64,000 nucleotides of DNA, from assembly GCF_006345805.1 (NCBI RefSeq), contig NC_043014.1, positions 30,318,001 to 30,382,000 on the forward strand, in the 5' to 3' direction. Below are positions 23,605 through 38,070 of the stretch, one piece after another. The DNA is from Octopus sinensis. Taxonomy: Eukaryota. Both the position numbers and the translations under genes were made by a program. How positions within the stretch are numbered: position 1 is the stretch's first letter; each line of letters opens with the position of its first letter. Below the pieces are notes generated by a model that ran no database searches, was not told where the DNA came from, and saw nothing but the letters and a program-made list of their open reading frames with translations.

Positions 23605-26600
23605 GTATGTATGTATATATATATACATACACACACGTATATATGCATACACACTAACAGCATGTATGTGTGTATGTGTATATATATATATATGCATACA
23701 TACATACACATGCATATGCATAAACACACACACACATGTACATACTTAATTACACACAAAAAATTTAATCACTTTATCATGCTGCTTCTGTATAAATCTC
23801 TCTTAGAGATTTAGAAATGTATTATTTCCACTTATTTCTTATTTAACAAATTCAGCAACCATACAGGTTAGCTATTGTTCTTATGAAATCTCTCTCACCC
23901 ATCTAAGTTCTCCAGGACTGGCGGCCAAATCAAATATTATGTTGAATGAGGAAACTATCAACCAAAGAATTTATGGTTCTTAACCCATTAAAGACTTTGG
24001 TTAAGGCTTGTAACTCTGGACAGTAGATTCCGCTTAGATTTAAATAGGCTGATGCTGTTGTTTAGCCCTAGGTCAGTTCTGACTCAAGCTGACCTATAAT
24101 CAAAAGTCCTGACCACCCCATTTTCAAACATAATGTACCATGAATTGCATTGTCCAATGTACGCTTCTTTTAAAAAAAAGATTGCTATTTCTTATAGGAT
24201 GAGTGACCATGCAGAGGATCCCTCATTGACCAGTAAGTGCACCATTTAGGAAAATAATACATGTACTAGAATTTTGCAGTGCTGAGTTCAAAATTGCATA
24301 TGAGTTTACAGAAAATATTTCTGTAGTTGGTATCATGAAAATTCCCTCGAAACGCCTTTGACAAAAGTCTCTCGCAATAAACTATGACCCAATATTAACA
24401 GGACATAATAAAGTGACAGAATCCCTGGAAGGGAGACAACTGTGACTTAATAGTGGTTGGTTACATCTAAATGACAGCATCTCTAAGACACAAGGCCAGT
24501 GCTACGAAGTATGGGGCCCTCTACTCTACAAAAGCTGAAGATTGATGCTTTATGCTTCATGTAGTACACCAGTCTCAGCCAAAAAGCGTTGAGGGCTTGA
24601 GGTTCCATCATCAGCCACAATGAAATACTAAAAATTCATCATAACATTCTCTGCTGGAGCATGAGCATAGGGTCCTCTCTTGGCACGAGGCCCTCTTTTG
24701 GTGTGGGGCCCTCTGTTGACAAGGGGCCTACTCTTGGCACAAGGCCTAATTTGAATAAATCTGTCTAATTGGCTTAAAACTGGTTCCATATTACATAACA
24801 GTGATATGCACCTTTAAGCAACATATTCAAGTGAAAATTCTGGGTGAAGGAATTATCTGATGTAACAGTGACGGGTACTTGGGAAGGAGTGATTTGTGAT
24901 TCAATAGTGACTTGTTACAACATATAAATGACAGGATCCCACGAAAATTTTCATCTATGCCTCAAAAGTGAGCTCTTATGTAGAAGTGACAGAGTATCAA
25001 ATGTACTTTGAAACTCTTAACCATATTTCTATTCAAATACATTGACTTTTTTAATATTAATTTTGAAAATAACAAAGAATTTAGTAAACTAACTTTGTTA
25101 ATATTAAGCTGGTGTTTGGACCATAAGTTAATGTGAAATTTTGATGGAAGGTTTTAATTTAAGTAATTTTTAAATAGAAAGTGTTTTTAATCATAGAACC
25201 AGGGGCAGTTTCAGGCAGTTGACATCAAAAGGATAAAATAACAGCTTAACTCTTTAGCATTTTTTATTTCTATTTATGCACCCTTTTCAAGCCTAGCCAG
25301 GCTCATGGGCCCAGTTTCTGTGGCATATGTGTTCCCCCAGCTGGATGGGACGCCAGTCCATCGCAGCATTACTCAAAAAACAGGAAGAGAGAGTGAGAGA
25401 AAGTTGGGTCGAAAGAGTACAACAGGGGTCGCCACCACCCCCTGCCAGAGCCTCATGGAGCTTTAGGTGATTTCATTCAATAAACACACACAACGCCCGG
25501 TTTGGGAATCGAAACCATGATCCACCGACCACGAGTCTGCTGCCCTAACCACTGGGCCGTTCCGCCTCCACTCTTTAGCATTTAAATCAGTTATATCCAA
25601 TCCAAATATACTGCCCGTTTTATGTTCAAACTAGCCAGGTCCAGCTTCTCACACCTACTCTTCAATCACATCATTGAAATCTCGATGCTACGAGAAAATG
25701 CATGATTAATTCAAAATAACGTAAATAAACAAGCTTTACAGGTGCAAGCGTGGTTGTATGGTAAGAAGCTTGCTTACAAGCCACAAGGTTCCGGATTCAG
25801 GCCCACTGCATGACAACTTGGGGAAGTGTCTTTTACTATAGCTTCGGGCCAACCAAAGCCTTGTGAGTGGATTTGATAGGCAGAAACTGAAAGAAGCCCA
25901 TCATATATATATGTATATGTTTGTGTGTGTGACTATGTTTGTCACTCCACTATCGCTTGACAACTGATGCTGGTGTGTTTACATCCCCGTAACTTAGCGG
26001 TTCGGCAAAAGAAACAGATAGAATGAGTACTAGGTTTAAAACGAATAAATCCTTGGGTCGATTTGTTCAATTAAATGTGGTGCTCCAGCATGGCCACAAT
26101 CAAATGACTGAAACAAGTAAAAGAATAAAAGAATAAAAACAAGCTTTATATTTGACAGAGTAATCTGAATCCTTATGGGTTAATTCATGAAAAACACTCT
26201 AGTAAACTACATCAAATCTTGATTTTGTTTTTCATCTCAGGACTAGGTTGTAAATCTGTAAAAAAGAGGTGCACAGCGGATTTGATGCCAGCATAGACAC
26301 AAGTAGTATTTATTTTATTGACTCTAGAAAGAGGAAAAGAAAAGTCATCTCCACCCTTAGGTTAATATTGATTTCAAATCCAGACATTTGGAGGAAGGGG
26401 TAAGATGATTATGTCAACCCCAGCACTCGACCAGTATTTATTTTATCGACCCCAGAAGGATGAAAGGTAAAATCAACCTTGGAAGAATTCGAACTCAGAA
26501 CATAAAGATGGACAAACTGCTGATAAGCATTTTGCCTGGTGTGCTAATCTGCCAGCTCACCACCTTAACCTTAACTTTAATACTCACTTCTAACTTTGGT

Positions 26601-27299
26601 CACAAGTCCAAATATTCATAGGGATAAAATTAAGCAAATCAACCTCAATATATAACTGTATATTTATTTATTTTATTTTATCAACACCAGCAAGGTTTTA
26701 ACTCAGATTGCAGAGGGACATAATTAACCCTTAAACAGCGAAAAAAGGGTTGCATGAATGTGTATGCCAAAGAGGCAAAAAACAAAAGTATTTCTTTTAC
26801 TTAAAGGTAATTCTTACACTTTATTTCACTTTAAATAAGTACAAAACCTATAATAATTGTCTGCCTCTCACACAATAAATTTTAGTTTCAATATCAAAAA
26901 GTGCCATAAAATATTCCCTTTCCTTTGCATATCTATCATGAGCATAAATCATTTGAAATTCCCACTTTGTTGTTGACAAACAAATGTACAAATGGAGAAA
27001 AATCAGTGAAATAAATTTTTCCACCCTGTACTAGTTAAAGCATTACTTTCTGTGCTACCTAGAGCATCATCATCATCATCAACATCATCTGCCTCAACTG
27101 ATGATGAAGGAATGTCAGAAAAAAACCTTCTTCATTGCTTATAAATATTTCGTTTACAACTTTATTTCTCTCAAAGACAAAGGCCACTTGCACTAAGATG
27201 CATTTGACAAAGTAGGCATTTGGGCATCAAGTGTTGATGGCTGTATCTATGTAAAAATTTTTAAACATCAATTGATGATGTCTACTGTTCCCTAATGAT

Positions 27300-28780
27300 A
27301 CATAAATTGACACTACTCACCATTTAAGGGCCAAACATCTAAAGGTTTAAAGCAGCCATCATCATCACCGTCATCTGATCAAGCTTGCTCAGACATTTTC
27401 AAACTACACATGCCATTCATCTCATTTTTGAACTGCACATGCCATCCAGCCTGCATTAGTTGAAGGAGATCTTCAGGGAGGCAGCCTGAGTCTCTGGCGA
27501 GTTGATCTACATACATTGTGCTCAGATGACCAGCTCAAGTACAGCCATGCTTTGGCATCCATAGCAATAGGTCACTTGCCACCTCCTGTTTAGCTCGCCA
27601 GCAATGTCTCACAAAGTGCAAGGCCTTTCCCTTACAATGTTGGAAACAGGTAAGAGATCTTCATACAATGTTTGCCAGCAGATACTGACTTTAAAATATT
27701 CAAGCTGGACACACACTGTATTAGTTTCACCAATCTTAGAAGGCCTTAGAAGGTCATGATACAGTCTTACTCTCCTCCAGCCATTGAGAAAGAGCCCTAT
27801 GAAAGTAAACAATGAACCTATCGTTGAATATTAAATCAATTATCTCTTATTTAACAAGTAAATAAGCTACCAGGCATGCCAAACTGAACCAGCAACATTG
27901 TTCAAAAATGTTCACACATGTTGTTTAACCCCTATTTTTATCATATTAACAAGTAGAGACTATCAAATTTGAAGATTGATCGATCACTTCTTTTAGCTGG
28001 AAAAAAGAAACAGCTGATCTCTTCAGATGTCTGTGTGTGTGTGTGTGTGTGCGCACGCAGGTGTACTTGTGCTTGAGTTTTTGATGAAAGAATATGTTAC
28101 AGATGACTAAGTTTAGTTCTGAGCAAGCAGCTTTCAACCATTAGCATTCACTGAACCAATGCCATGGCAGCCCAATGCATCCCATGTCTCATAGTCTGTA
28201 TCAACTTGTGCATTTGAAATCACCAAGGACAATCAGTTTTTCATCAACCAGCAGTTTTAGTGGTACAATCAGTGTATTACCAGTACAAAGATTTTCAAGG
28301 AATGTCATGATAGTTTCTTCATTGACTTGGAGAGTTGGAGCATAAATTGACGAGATTGTCACATATCATCCAAATGAAAGGGGAAAGCAAAGCTTCATTA
28401 TGTGATCAGTGATATTGCAGAACCGACACCATCTTCTCATAATCCACATGCCCAGAAGAGTATGGGGAGGCACGTGGCTTAGTGGCTACGGTGTCAGCAT
28501 CATGATCGTAAAACTGTGGTTTCGATTCCAGGACTGGGCGACGCGTTGTGATCTTGAGCAAAACACTTCATTTCACGTTGCTCCAGTCCACTCAGCTGGC
28601 AAAAATGAGTAATGCTGAGAAATGCCTAAATGGCAAATTATATGAAATAATGGAAAAACCCAGAAGAGTATGTAGCCTGATGATACTTCAGTAAGCTGAT
28701 CTTCCTCAGAGAGATGCGTTTCAGACAAAACTACAATCTCTATGTGCAGTCTTTGAAGTTCTTTGGTCACTTTGGAAAGA
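27300..28780 (-). mobile_element. Highly degenerate RTE LINE (AP-endonuclease and RT remnants), interrupted by a SINE at about 28465-28620
   Basis: KELQRLHIEIVVLSETHLSEEDQLTEVSSGYILFW and ACSELNLVICNIFFHQKLKHK resemble RTE endonuclease motifs. Confidence 0.6.
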
Positions 28781-30627
28781 GTAGTGTTGTGTACTATATA
28801 ATTAACAAGAATCTGTTGTTAATTTTCAGTGATGAGGTTCAAATCATCTACTGGGTCTGGAGTTGGCAATAGGAGATAACTCCAAGGAATTCTTCCCACA
28901 GAGATTTTAAAATTAGTAAGATAATCAGAAATTCAACTTTGCCATCTCATTTTTGGTGGTACAAACTAGCATAAAAACAGCAGTAGCAGCCACAGTAACA
29001 AAAACAGATTTGAACTGACAATAACAGTTTCCACTCAGTATAGTGTGATAAGCATACTAAATACAAGTAATACATAAAATAGTGAGCTAAAAAACTTTGA
29101 TTAATAACATTATTCCAGTAATAAGTACCCAAAAAAAACTCCCTCTAAGGATGTTTAAAATCTAAAAGCAAGAATCAAAGGAAACAAACTCCAATAATAT
29201 CAGTCAAAAGAAATTTTTGGCAAAGTTGATAAAGAAAATAGTGGATCTTATCTGTAAAGCCAATTGGTGAAAGCAATAGACTTATTTTCAATCTTAGATC
29301 TCTCCAGCAAAACATATTCTACACATTTGATAAAACTTAGAAGTGACCAGCATACCAGAAAGGAAATGAGTTGATGTTAAATTGGCCACTTCTTCTAGTA
29401 GTTTACCAATGGTCTAATGTTGACCACTTACCAAAACAAGTAATATCTATCTAGCAATTTTTCCAAAGATCCTTGGGGAATTTAAGGATCAACATTTAGC
29501 TGATTTTTGTGGTAGAAATGGGACAAGATGCCTGTCTATTACAGGTAACATTCTTAGACGATCTAGTATCATTTTTTTTTTGTCAGATGAGTGAATTGAG
29601 ACAACATATAATAAAGTGTTCCACATATAATAGAGTGTTCCACTTGCAGTGGATTTGAACTCATGACCTAAAAATAAGGCAACCAAGGGCTTATCTACTT
29701 TCATAATTTCTCCAATGGTACAAAATGACAAGATTTGACTTTAGCATTAGCTATCTAGCATTCTGACCATTGAAGCACCCAACCACTAATTAGAGAAAAA
29801 AACAAAAAAAAAAGAAACACCAGACTCTTGTACTATTATAATTATTATTATTATTACATTAATGTTGGGGTATTTTGTTGCTTTTTTTAAAAATTTAGTC
29901 AGAGAAGGAAGGGAAGCACCTACGAACCATTTATTTTGTTAGAGCCTCTGAAATTGATATGAGAAGAAGGAAGGAGGTTGTCTTCAGACCAGAGGTCTGG
30001 TCTGAATGCTTGCAACAGAGAGAATTCTACTAAAGGTAGACCAGGACCATGTGGAACAAATACTGTAAGTCATCCTGTCCACTACATTACAAATTCTGCT
30101 GATCAACAACTCTACCTTCATACTTTATTTTATCAACTCAGAAAGGTGAAGAAGACTGCAGTAAGATCTGGAGTGCAGAGAGTAAAGTTTTTTTTTTAAA
30201 CACAAAGTCGACATCTTGAGGAAAATTTGGTTGTTATTTCTAGCAAGTGATGAGACATAAAAAAGTAGCTTTTTAATTGATTTACTGAAGCTTCATTAAA
30301 TCAATTGAAAAACTACTTTTTGATGTTCATGCAGTTGCTTCAATAAATCAGAACAGAACAAGGATTTCTTTGAACTTTTTATTTACAAAAAAAGTGTGCT
30401 AAAAAAGAGCAGTACATTGTGATGACGATGATGATGATGACATTAACAATAATAATAATAGTTGTTTCTAATTTTGGGCAAAAGACAAGCAGTTTTGAAG
30501 GAAGAAGGATAGTCAGTGCCATCAACCCCAGTACTTGTCTTCTACTATAGCCTCAGGCTAAGTGGTCAACTATAGTAGAAGTTTGGTAGATGGAAACTGA
30601 AAGAAGCCCATCATGTATGTGTGCGTC

Positions 30628-30666
<39 letters not shown>

Positions 30667-31544
30667 GGAGTAGATGAAAGAGGGACAACTGAAGAAGGGG
30701 AATATTCTTTATGTTGTATGTCTCGTTCCTATGTTTTTGTTTTTGTTTCTCATTGTATTCAACGTTTTTTGATGTCCTGTACTCATATATGCATGTATAT
30801 ATACATATATATATGTAGGTATGTAAATATGTGTATGTATAAATGCATATATTTATATATTATTTATATTATTATATATATATATATACACTTGTGTGTG
30901 TGTGTGTGTGTGCATGTGTTTGTCCTGCATCACCACTTGACAGCTGACGTTGGGTTGTTTATGTCTCTGTAACTAAACAGTTCGGCAAAAGAGACCAACA
31001 GAATAAGTACCAGATATTAAAAAAAAAAATAGTACTGGGGTTAATTTGTTCAACTAAATCCTTCAGAATACTGCACTAGCATGACCACAGTCTAATGACT
31101 GAAACCAGTAAAAAGATGAGAAGATGAAAACCATATAAGAGTGCAATCCATTTAGTCAACTCCAGTAATTGACAAGTACATATTTTTTTTTCAACCCCAG
31201 GAGGATTAAAAAGCATAGTCTCAGCCTCACAATAATTTGAGCTCTGTATGCAAATATCAAGTTCAAGGAAATAAAAGTCAGTTTGTTCAGTTATTTCTTC
31301 TTGGTCTAAGTCCGTGAGCTACTGTGAGAAATCTTTCACGGCAGAATCATTAGAGTGTCAGAGAAAATACTTTGTTGTATTTATTCTGGCTCTTTATACC
31401 CTGGGTTCAAATGCTGCTACAGTCAAGTTTGTTTTTCATCCCTCCAAGAGTCAATAAAAGGAGATATGAGTCAAGTACTGGAGATCAAAGATATCAACTA
31501 ACGTTCTCCCTATCAAAATTGGTAGCTTTGAGCCTAAGTCAGAA

Positions 31545-31576
<32 letters not shown>

Positions 31577-31927
31577 TGAGCAAGGAGGTGAGCGGGTAGA
31601 ATCATTACCACACAAGGGAAAACGCTTAGTGGCATACGTTCCAGTATTACATTCCAACTTTACCTTTCATTGTTTTGGGGGGGTCAACAAAATAAGTAGC
31701 ATTTGAACACTGGGGTCAATGTAATCAACTAACCTCATCCCCTAAAATTGCTGCCCTTGAGCCAAAATTTGAAATCATCATCATTATTATGAGTTCAAAT
31801 TCCACCGAGGTGACTTTACCTTTCATCCTTTCGGGGTTGACTAAATAAGTACCAGTTACGCACTAGGGTTGATTTAATCAACTTAATCCCTTCGCCCAAA
31901 TTTGAAGCCTTGTGCTTCCAGTAGAAA

Positions 31928-31946
31928 GGATTATTGTTATTATTAC

Positions 31947-31979
<33 letters not shown>

Positions 31980-32093
31980 CACCATTATTATTGTTGTTGT
32001 TATTATTATTATTACCATTATTATTATTATTATTATCATCATTATTATTATTATTACCATTATTATTATAATTATTATTATTATTATTATTAC

Positions 32094-32133
<40 letters not shown>

Positions 32134-32230
32134 ATTATTATTATCATTATTATTATTATTATTACCATTATTATTATTATTATTATTATTACCATTATTA
32201 TTATAATTATAATTATTATTATTATTATTA
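31928..32230. repeat. (ATT)n microsatellite of about 300 bp between two SINEs
   Basis: Direct reading; it explains the poly-I, poly-N and poly-Y ORFs. Confidence 0.95.
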
Positions 32231-33242
32231 AGGTGGTGAGCTGTCAAAGGCAGCAAGTTGGCAGAATTGTTAGCACACCAAGCAAAATAATTTTAGGCAT
32301 TTCTTCTGCCTTTACATCTTGAGTTCAAATTCCATAAAGGTCAACTTTACCTTTCATCCTTTTGGGGTCAATGAAACAAGTACCAGTTGAGCATTGAGGT
32401 CAATTTCATTGACTTGCCCACTACCCAAAATTTCTGGCTTTGTGCCTATAGTAGAAATTATTATTATAATTATTAATGAGTGAGAGAGCAGTGCATGCCA
32501 TCAAAGTGTTACTGGGGTACAAATATACAAATCCCAATATACCCATCGTGACTACCCATCTGACAAGGGTACACCAGACACATGCATCACATCCATATGT
32601 GCATGACATAGTGATTTCATTTCAAGATGAACAGTGTGTGACTTTGCAAGTGGGGCCCAGTTGCAATCCCACTCAAAAGGTCCCTGAATAAGTTTTGTTT
32701 AAGGATGTTGAATGAAACACCCATGTTTCCAGGTGTGAATTATTCAAACCCTAAAGAGTTCCTCTCAACACATGGCTATGATGCTCCCCCACTACCTCTG
32801 CTCATGATCAGAGATGCACATATCGTCAGCCATAAAGGGACATGCTAAACTGGTTAAGGTCAAACATCTGACAAGCAAATCTGTGGTACTGAGCAGAATA
32901 TTTACTGTAGCCCATCTTTTACACCAAGACAAAACACGTATTTGATAACACTTCTAATCAGTTAAGCTCAAAAGCCATGAGAGCCAGTTCCTGGCATTAT
33001 TATTTAGTATAGTGGATGACAAAATTGATAGTGTGCTTGATAAATTATATAACTTGTATAATTACAATTATATTTTGTAAGCGGGAGCTGAATAAGATCA
33101 AAGATCCACATGATATAATTCAGGTGGAAAATTCAGTAAGCCCAATGCTGACATCAGCTTGATATGACTGCCTTTGGTAAAAGAAAATATAAACATAAAA
33201 TGTCCCATTGAATTAGTGGCATAGAGCATTAGTAGTCATAAA

Positions 33243-33618
33243 TCTCTCTCTATATAAACGGCAGTTTGTCTGTGTGTGTTTCTGTGTGTCTGTTTGGTTG
33301 TACCCTCACTCTGACCACGGCTTTCAACTGATTCTGATGAAACTTGACACACACATAGCCCAATGTCATAATTCAAAACTAACGCAGCGAAAATTTTGAA
33401 AAGTTCCCCCAGTTCTGAAAAAGATCGATAAATTCGACATGGGGTCGACAATCAGAAACACAAACCACAGATGGTCTAGGGGACGCAACTCGATCTTTTT
33501 AACTATCAAAAAAAAATTTACCATAATTTTTTTCCCCATTTTTTTGCTATTTTTTGGCTATAACTCTCTAAAAATGCTTTATAGTTATTTCCCTTACAAA
33601 CCCGGGCGATACTGCTAG
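33243..33618 (+). mobile_element. Non-autonomous Helitron-like element
   Basis: Starts A|TC(TC)nTATATAAA, ends CCCGGGCGATACTG-CTAG|T, no target duplication; the 3' hairpin looks incomplete. Confidence 0.55.
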
Positions 33619-34916
33619 TAAGAAATAAAACGGATTCTAGTTGTTCTCACCCAGTCTGATATTCTGCAAAGAATAAAAACTGATGATAAACAAAGACCAA
33701 ACTGATTGAAATGTAGGCTAGCTGTAAATATTAAAATTGTTTACTTCACTCTGAAGATGAGGTGAATAATGAAAAAAAAAATCATAATTGCATTAATAAT
33801 TCATCTTCAGCATTTAAACTGGCCATATCAGACTGACATATACTACTAATTACATGTTCAAACTGACCAGATCCAGCCTCTCACACTTACCTTACAATGC
33901 CATTCGAAAATTAAACTATCACATCATTGAAATCTCAAAGCTTGAGATAATGCATGATTCATTCAAAACAATATGAATAAAAGAGCACTACATTTGACAG
34001 AGTAATCTGAATGCTAAACGATTAATCAACTTGAGTTTCTCTCACACACACATACACACAAATAATGAAATATACTAAGGTTTACCATCATATAAGTCTA
34101 AATTCAATGTTAATGATTTTATCAGTTATAAAATTATTCTCAAGACCATTTTCAACTTAATACAAAAAACACACAGACTACATGCTATTACAACAGTTCA
34201 TTTTGAATATGAAATTGTTGAAGTCTCCAAATGCCAGACTAATAAATTTATTCCAAACCAAACATATAGGACCAATAATGAAATAAGAAAAACCCTTAAT
34301 AAAAGAGATTAAGAATGAACATAGTAATGTCTTTCATATAACATTTGAAAGGAAAGCTGTTTTCTTTTTACACCATTAATACCAAAGTGCCATTCATACT
34401 TTGAATTCTGGTTGAAAAGATGCTAATATTGGTTAGTAGCAAACGTTTGTTACTAGGGAAATAATGAAAATTCTATCAAAAGTGAATTGATTGTATACCT
34501 TTCCGCATTTGGGTACACATTCTTTCAGTTCATTTCTAGTGAGAGAGAGAGAGAGAAAGAAAGAGAGAGAAGGGGGAGAGAGTGAGAGAGTGTGTGTGTG
34601 TGTGTGGTGTGTGTGTGTGTGTGTGTGTGTGCGTGTGTGTATGTGTTGGGTTTGTTACCTCCACATGCTAAAAGAAACTAGATTTCTTATACCAAGGGAT
34701 GATAAACAATCTGAAAAGCATGACTGTGGAATTAATGGTAGCCCACATGATAAGTTAACATAATCTATAGTAATGGTAAAAGGATTTTTGACTCACCCTG
34801 TATACATAATATAATATAAGTGTTTGTGTATTTGATGGAACATGGGAGAAATAGAACTCACTACATGAGTATATATACTTTTTTCATTTAAGTGTGTTAA
34901 TGTGTGTGTGTGTGTG

Positions 34917-34998
<82 letters not shown>

Positions 34999-35449
34999 TG
35001 TATGTATACGTATGGTGAGTGTGGGTGTATTTGTGCAGTTATATAAACTTTGTGATTCTATTTATTCTGCCGTTAACTATTCTCATCATCATCATCCACA
35101 TTTAACATCTGTTATTCCATGTTGGTATGGGTTGTATGGCTTGACAAAAACTGGCATAATCTGTTTTGGCTTGGTTCCTGTGGCTGGATGCCCTTCCTAA
35201 TGCCAACAACTTTACAGAGTGTACTTGGTGTTTTTTTACATGGCACCATCACCAGTGTTTTTTATGTGGCACCAGCACCCACACCAATGCTTTTTACATG
35301 GTACATTGGTTTTAGGATCTCAATTCTGTTGTGGTGGACAGATCTTCTTGAGTACAGCAATGTGTCACGTATCTCAGTCAATTTCTAACATAAGCATAGA
35401 GACAGAAAATTTATTGTGGGGCAAGGGAACAACTGATTATAGTCACTTC

Positions 35450-38070
35450 AGTAATTAATATTACCTGGCACTTAATATTACCAACTCCAGAAGAATGTAA
35501 AGCAAAAATCAACTCTGGTGAAATGTTTTCCAGGACTCTACTCATTTTGCTGCCACACTCAATAATAATTACTTTTAACAAGGCCAGAAATTTAGGGAAA
35601 AAATTACTTGATTAAATCAACCTTGTAAAGGAACAGTAATTAACTAATGAAAGGCATTTGGTCAGATACTCTAACATTTCTGCCAATCCACTGCCCTTAA
35701 TCATAACAATTGGAAAAATTGGAAAATTTATTTCTAACTTTGGCACAAGATCACAAATGTCAACCTAATCAACTTCAGTAACTGGTATTTATTTTATCAA
35801 CCTTAAGAGAAATGTCCAATAAAGTTGACTTTGGTGAGATTTTAACTCCTAACAAAAAGGGATGTAACTCAATAACCCACACCATGTACTCCTTGTGATA
35901 TTCAGCTTCACTGCCTTAATAATGATAATGATGTGTGTGTGTGTGTTTTCTAACAATTCTGCTAGCCTACTATAATAACAATAATAACCCTTTCTGCTAT
36001 GGGAACAAGCCCTGAAATTTGGGGGAGGGGATAGTCAATTACATCAACCCCAGTAGTGAACTGGTACTTATTTCATCAACCCTGAAAGGATGAAAGGGAA
36101 AGGCGACCTTGGTGGAATTTGAACTTAGAATATAGCAGACAAAATACCGCTAAGCATTTCATCCAGCACACTAATGATTCTGTTTGCTCGCCACCTAGTA
36201 ACAACAATAATAATAATCCTTTCTACTATAGACACAAGACCTGAAATTTGGGGGAGGGCTATAATTGATTACATAAATCCCAATACTTGACTGGTACTTA
36301 ATTTATCAACCCTGAAAGGATGCAAGGCAAAATCGACCTTGGTGGATTTGAACTCAGAATGTACAGAAAACTTGTTTCAGCAAGAAATACTTGAAGAGTC
36401 CTCAGTACAAAGTAAGGATAGATATGAATAACATGAAAGGGCCTTAATACAAGTAGGAATAAAAACCCTTCTCATCCAAAACCACCAAGTGTGGTCTGAG
36501 AGGAAGTGTAATTAAATTAGTTACAACATTAAGATGATATAATAATAAAAAAAATAATAATGATTGTTTCTAGCATGGGTACAAGGTTTCAATTTTGAGT
36601 GAGGGGTTTAGTCAATATTATAGGGCTCAGTACTTGACTGGTACTTTATTTTATTGACTTGGGAGGGATGAAAGGCAAAGTTGACCTCAGAGGGTGTTGA
36701 ACTCAGAGTGTTGGGAATATTAATAAGCGCTTCATTTATTTGCTGCCAGGACCCATTCATATATACAATATACTAGTTACAAAGAGGATACAAAAAACAT
36801 GGGTGGGGATGTACAACAAAATTATAAAGGGAAAGAAATGTTACACAATATATTGGGACATATTGAAAATTTTAAAATAATACATATAAATTACACAAAA
36901 TAATTTGATGATTATATAATACAAAGATAAATTTTTTAAAATTGAAACAATTATTTTTAACTGAGGTACAAAGCCATGAAGTTTTGAACAGAAGTATATC
37001 AATTGAACTTTCAAGGATGAAAGGCAATGTTGACTCTACAGGATTCGAATGGAGATAACTAAGTGCCACACAGCATTTTATCTGCTGCTCAACCTATCCT
37101 GCTTTAACAGTAAAAGCAACAATAATAATTGTTTCTAACATAGGCACAAGGCCTGAAATTTGAGGGGAAGAGGGTTAGCTGATTAAACTGAGCCCAGTAC
37201 TAGATTGATACTTTATTCTGTCAAAACCTGAAGGACAAAAGGCAAAGCTGAACTTGACAGGTGATTTGAACTCAGAATGAAAAGAGCTAGTAACAAATAC
37301 CACAAAGCATTTTAATCAATGCTTTAATGATTCTGGGAATCCATTGCCAAAACATAAAATAATATTAATTCTTTCTAATTATAATGATAGTTTCAAATTT
37401 TGGCACAAGACCAGCAAGTTTAGGAGATGGGACGGGACTAGTCAATTACATCAACCCCAGTGCTCAACTGGTACATATTTTATCGACCCTGAAAAGATGA
37501 AAAGCAAAGTCAACCTTGGCAGAATTTGAACTCAGAATATGAAGACAAACAAAATGCTACTAAGCATTTTACCCGGCATGCTAATGATTCTGCTAACTCA
37601 CCGCCTAATAATTAAAAAAATAATAACTCTTTCTAATTTTGGTACAAAGCCAGCAATTTTAGGAGGAGAGGGTTAGTTCATTACATCAACTCCAGTTCTC
37701 AATTGGTACTTTATTTTATCGACCCCAAAATGATGAAAGGCAAACTTGGCCTTGGCAGGATTTGAACTCAGAATGAAAAGAACCAGAAGAAAGGTCATTA
37801 AACATCTTTTGCAACACACTAACGATCCTGCCAGCTAGCTGCCATAATAATAATAATCCTTCCTACTATAGGAACAAGGCCTGGAATTTTGGTGGGAGGA
37901 GCTAGTTGATTACATTGGTCCTACTGCTTAACCGATACTTATTTTATTGACCCCTCAAAGGATGAAAGACAATGTCCACCTCAATGGAATTTGAACTCAG
38001 AACATAAAAGCCAGAAAAAATGCCACTAAGCATTTTGTTCAGCACAGTAACAATTTTTCCAGCTTAATAA
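35450..38070 (-). mobile_element. Chain of about 8-9 same-orientation copies of the second SINE family separated by (AAT)n
   Basis: The unit aggcacaaggcctgaaattt...ggatgaaaggcaaagtcgacc...gaactcagaa recurs, each copy bounded by AAT/AAC repeats. Confidence 0.8.

Noticed and set aside
27059-27097. Possible acidic micro-exon (EADDVDDDDDAL) with AG/GT ends on the minus strand
   Set aside because: It is mostly a (CAT)n microsatellite. Its acidic frame is phase 1-1, while the host intron is phase 0, where it reads into TAG.
30660-30785. CTGAAGA-containing island in (TA)n as another hammerhead
   Set aside because: No GAAA or closing helices; at most a pLTR relic
31816-32322. Poly-N, poly-I and poly-Y ORFs
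   Set aside because: Translation artefacts of (ATT)n
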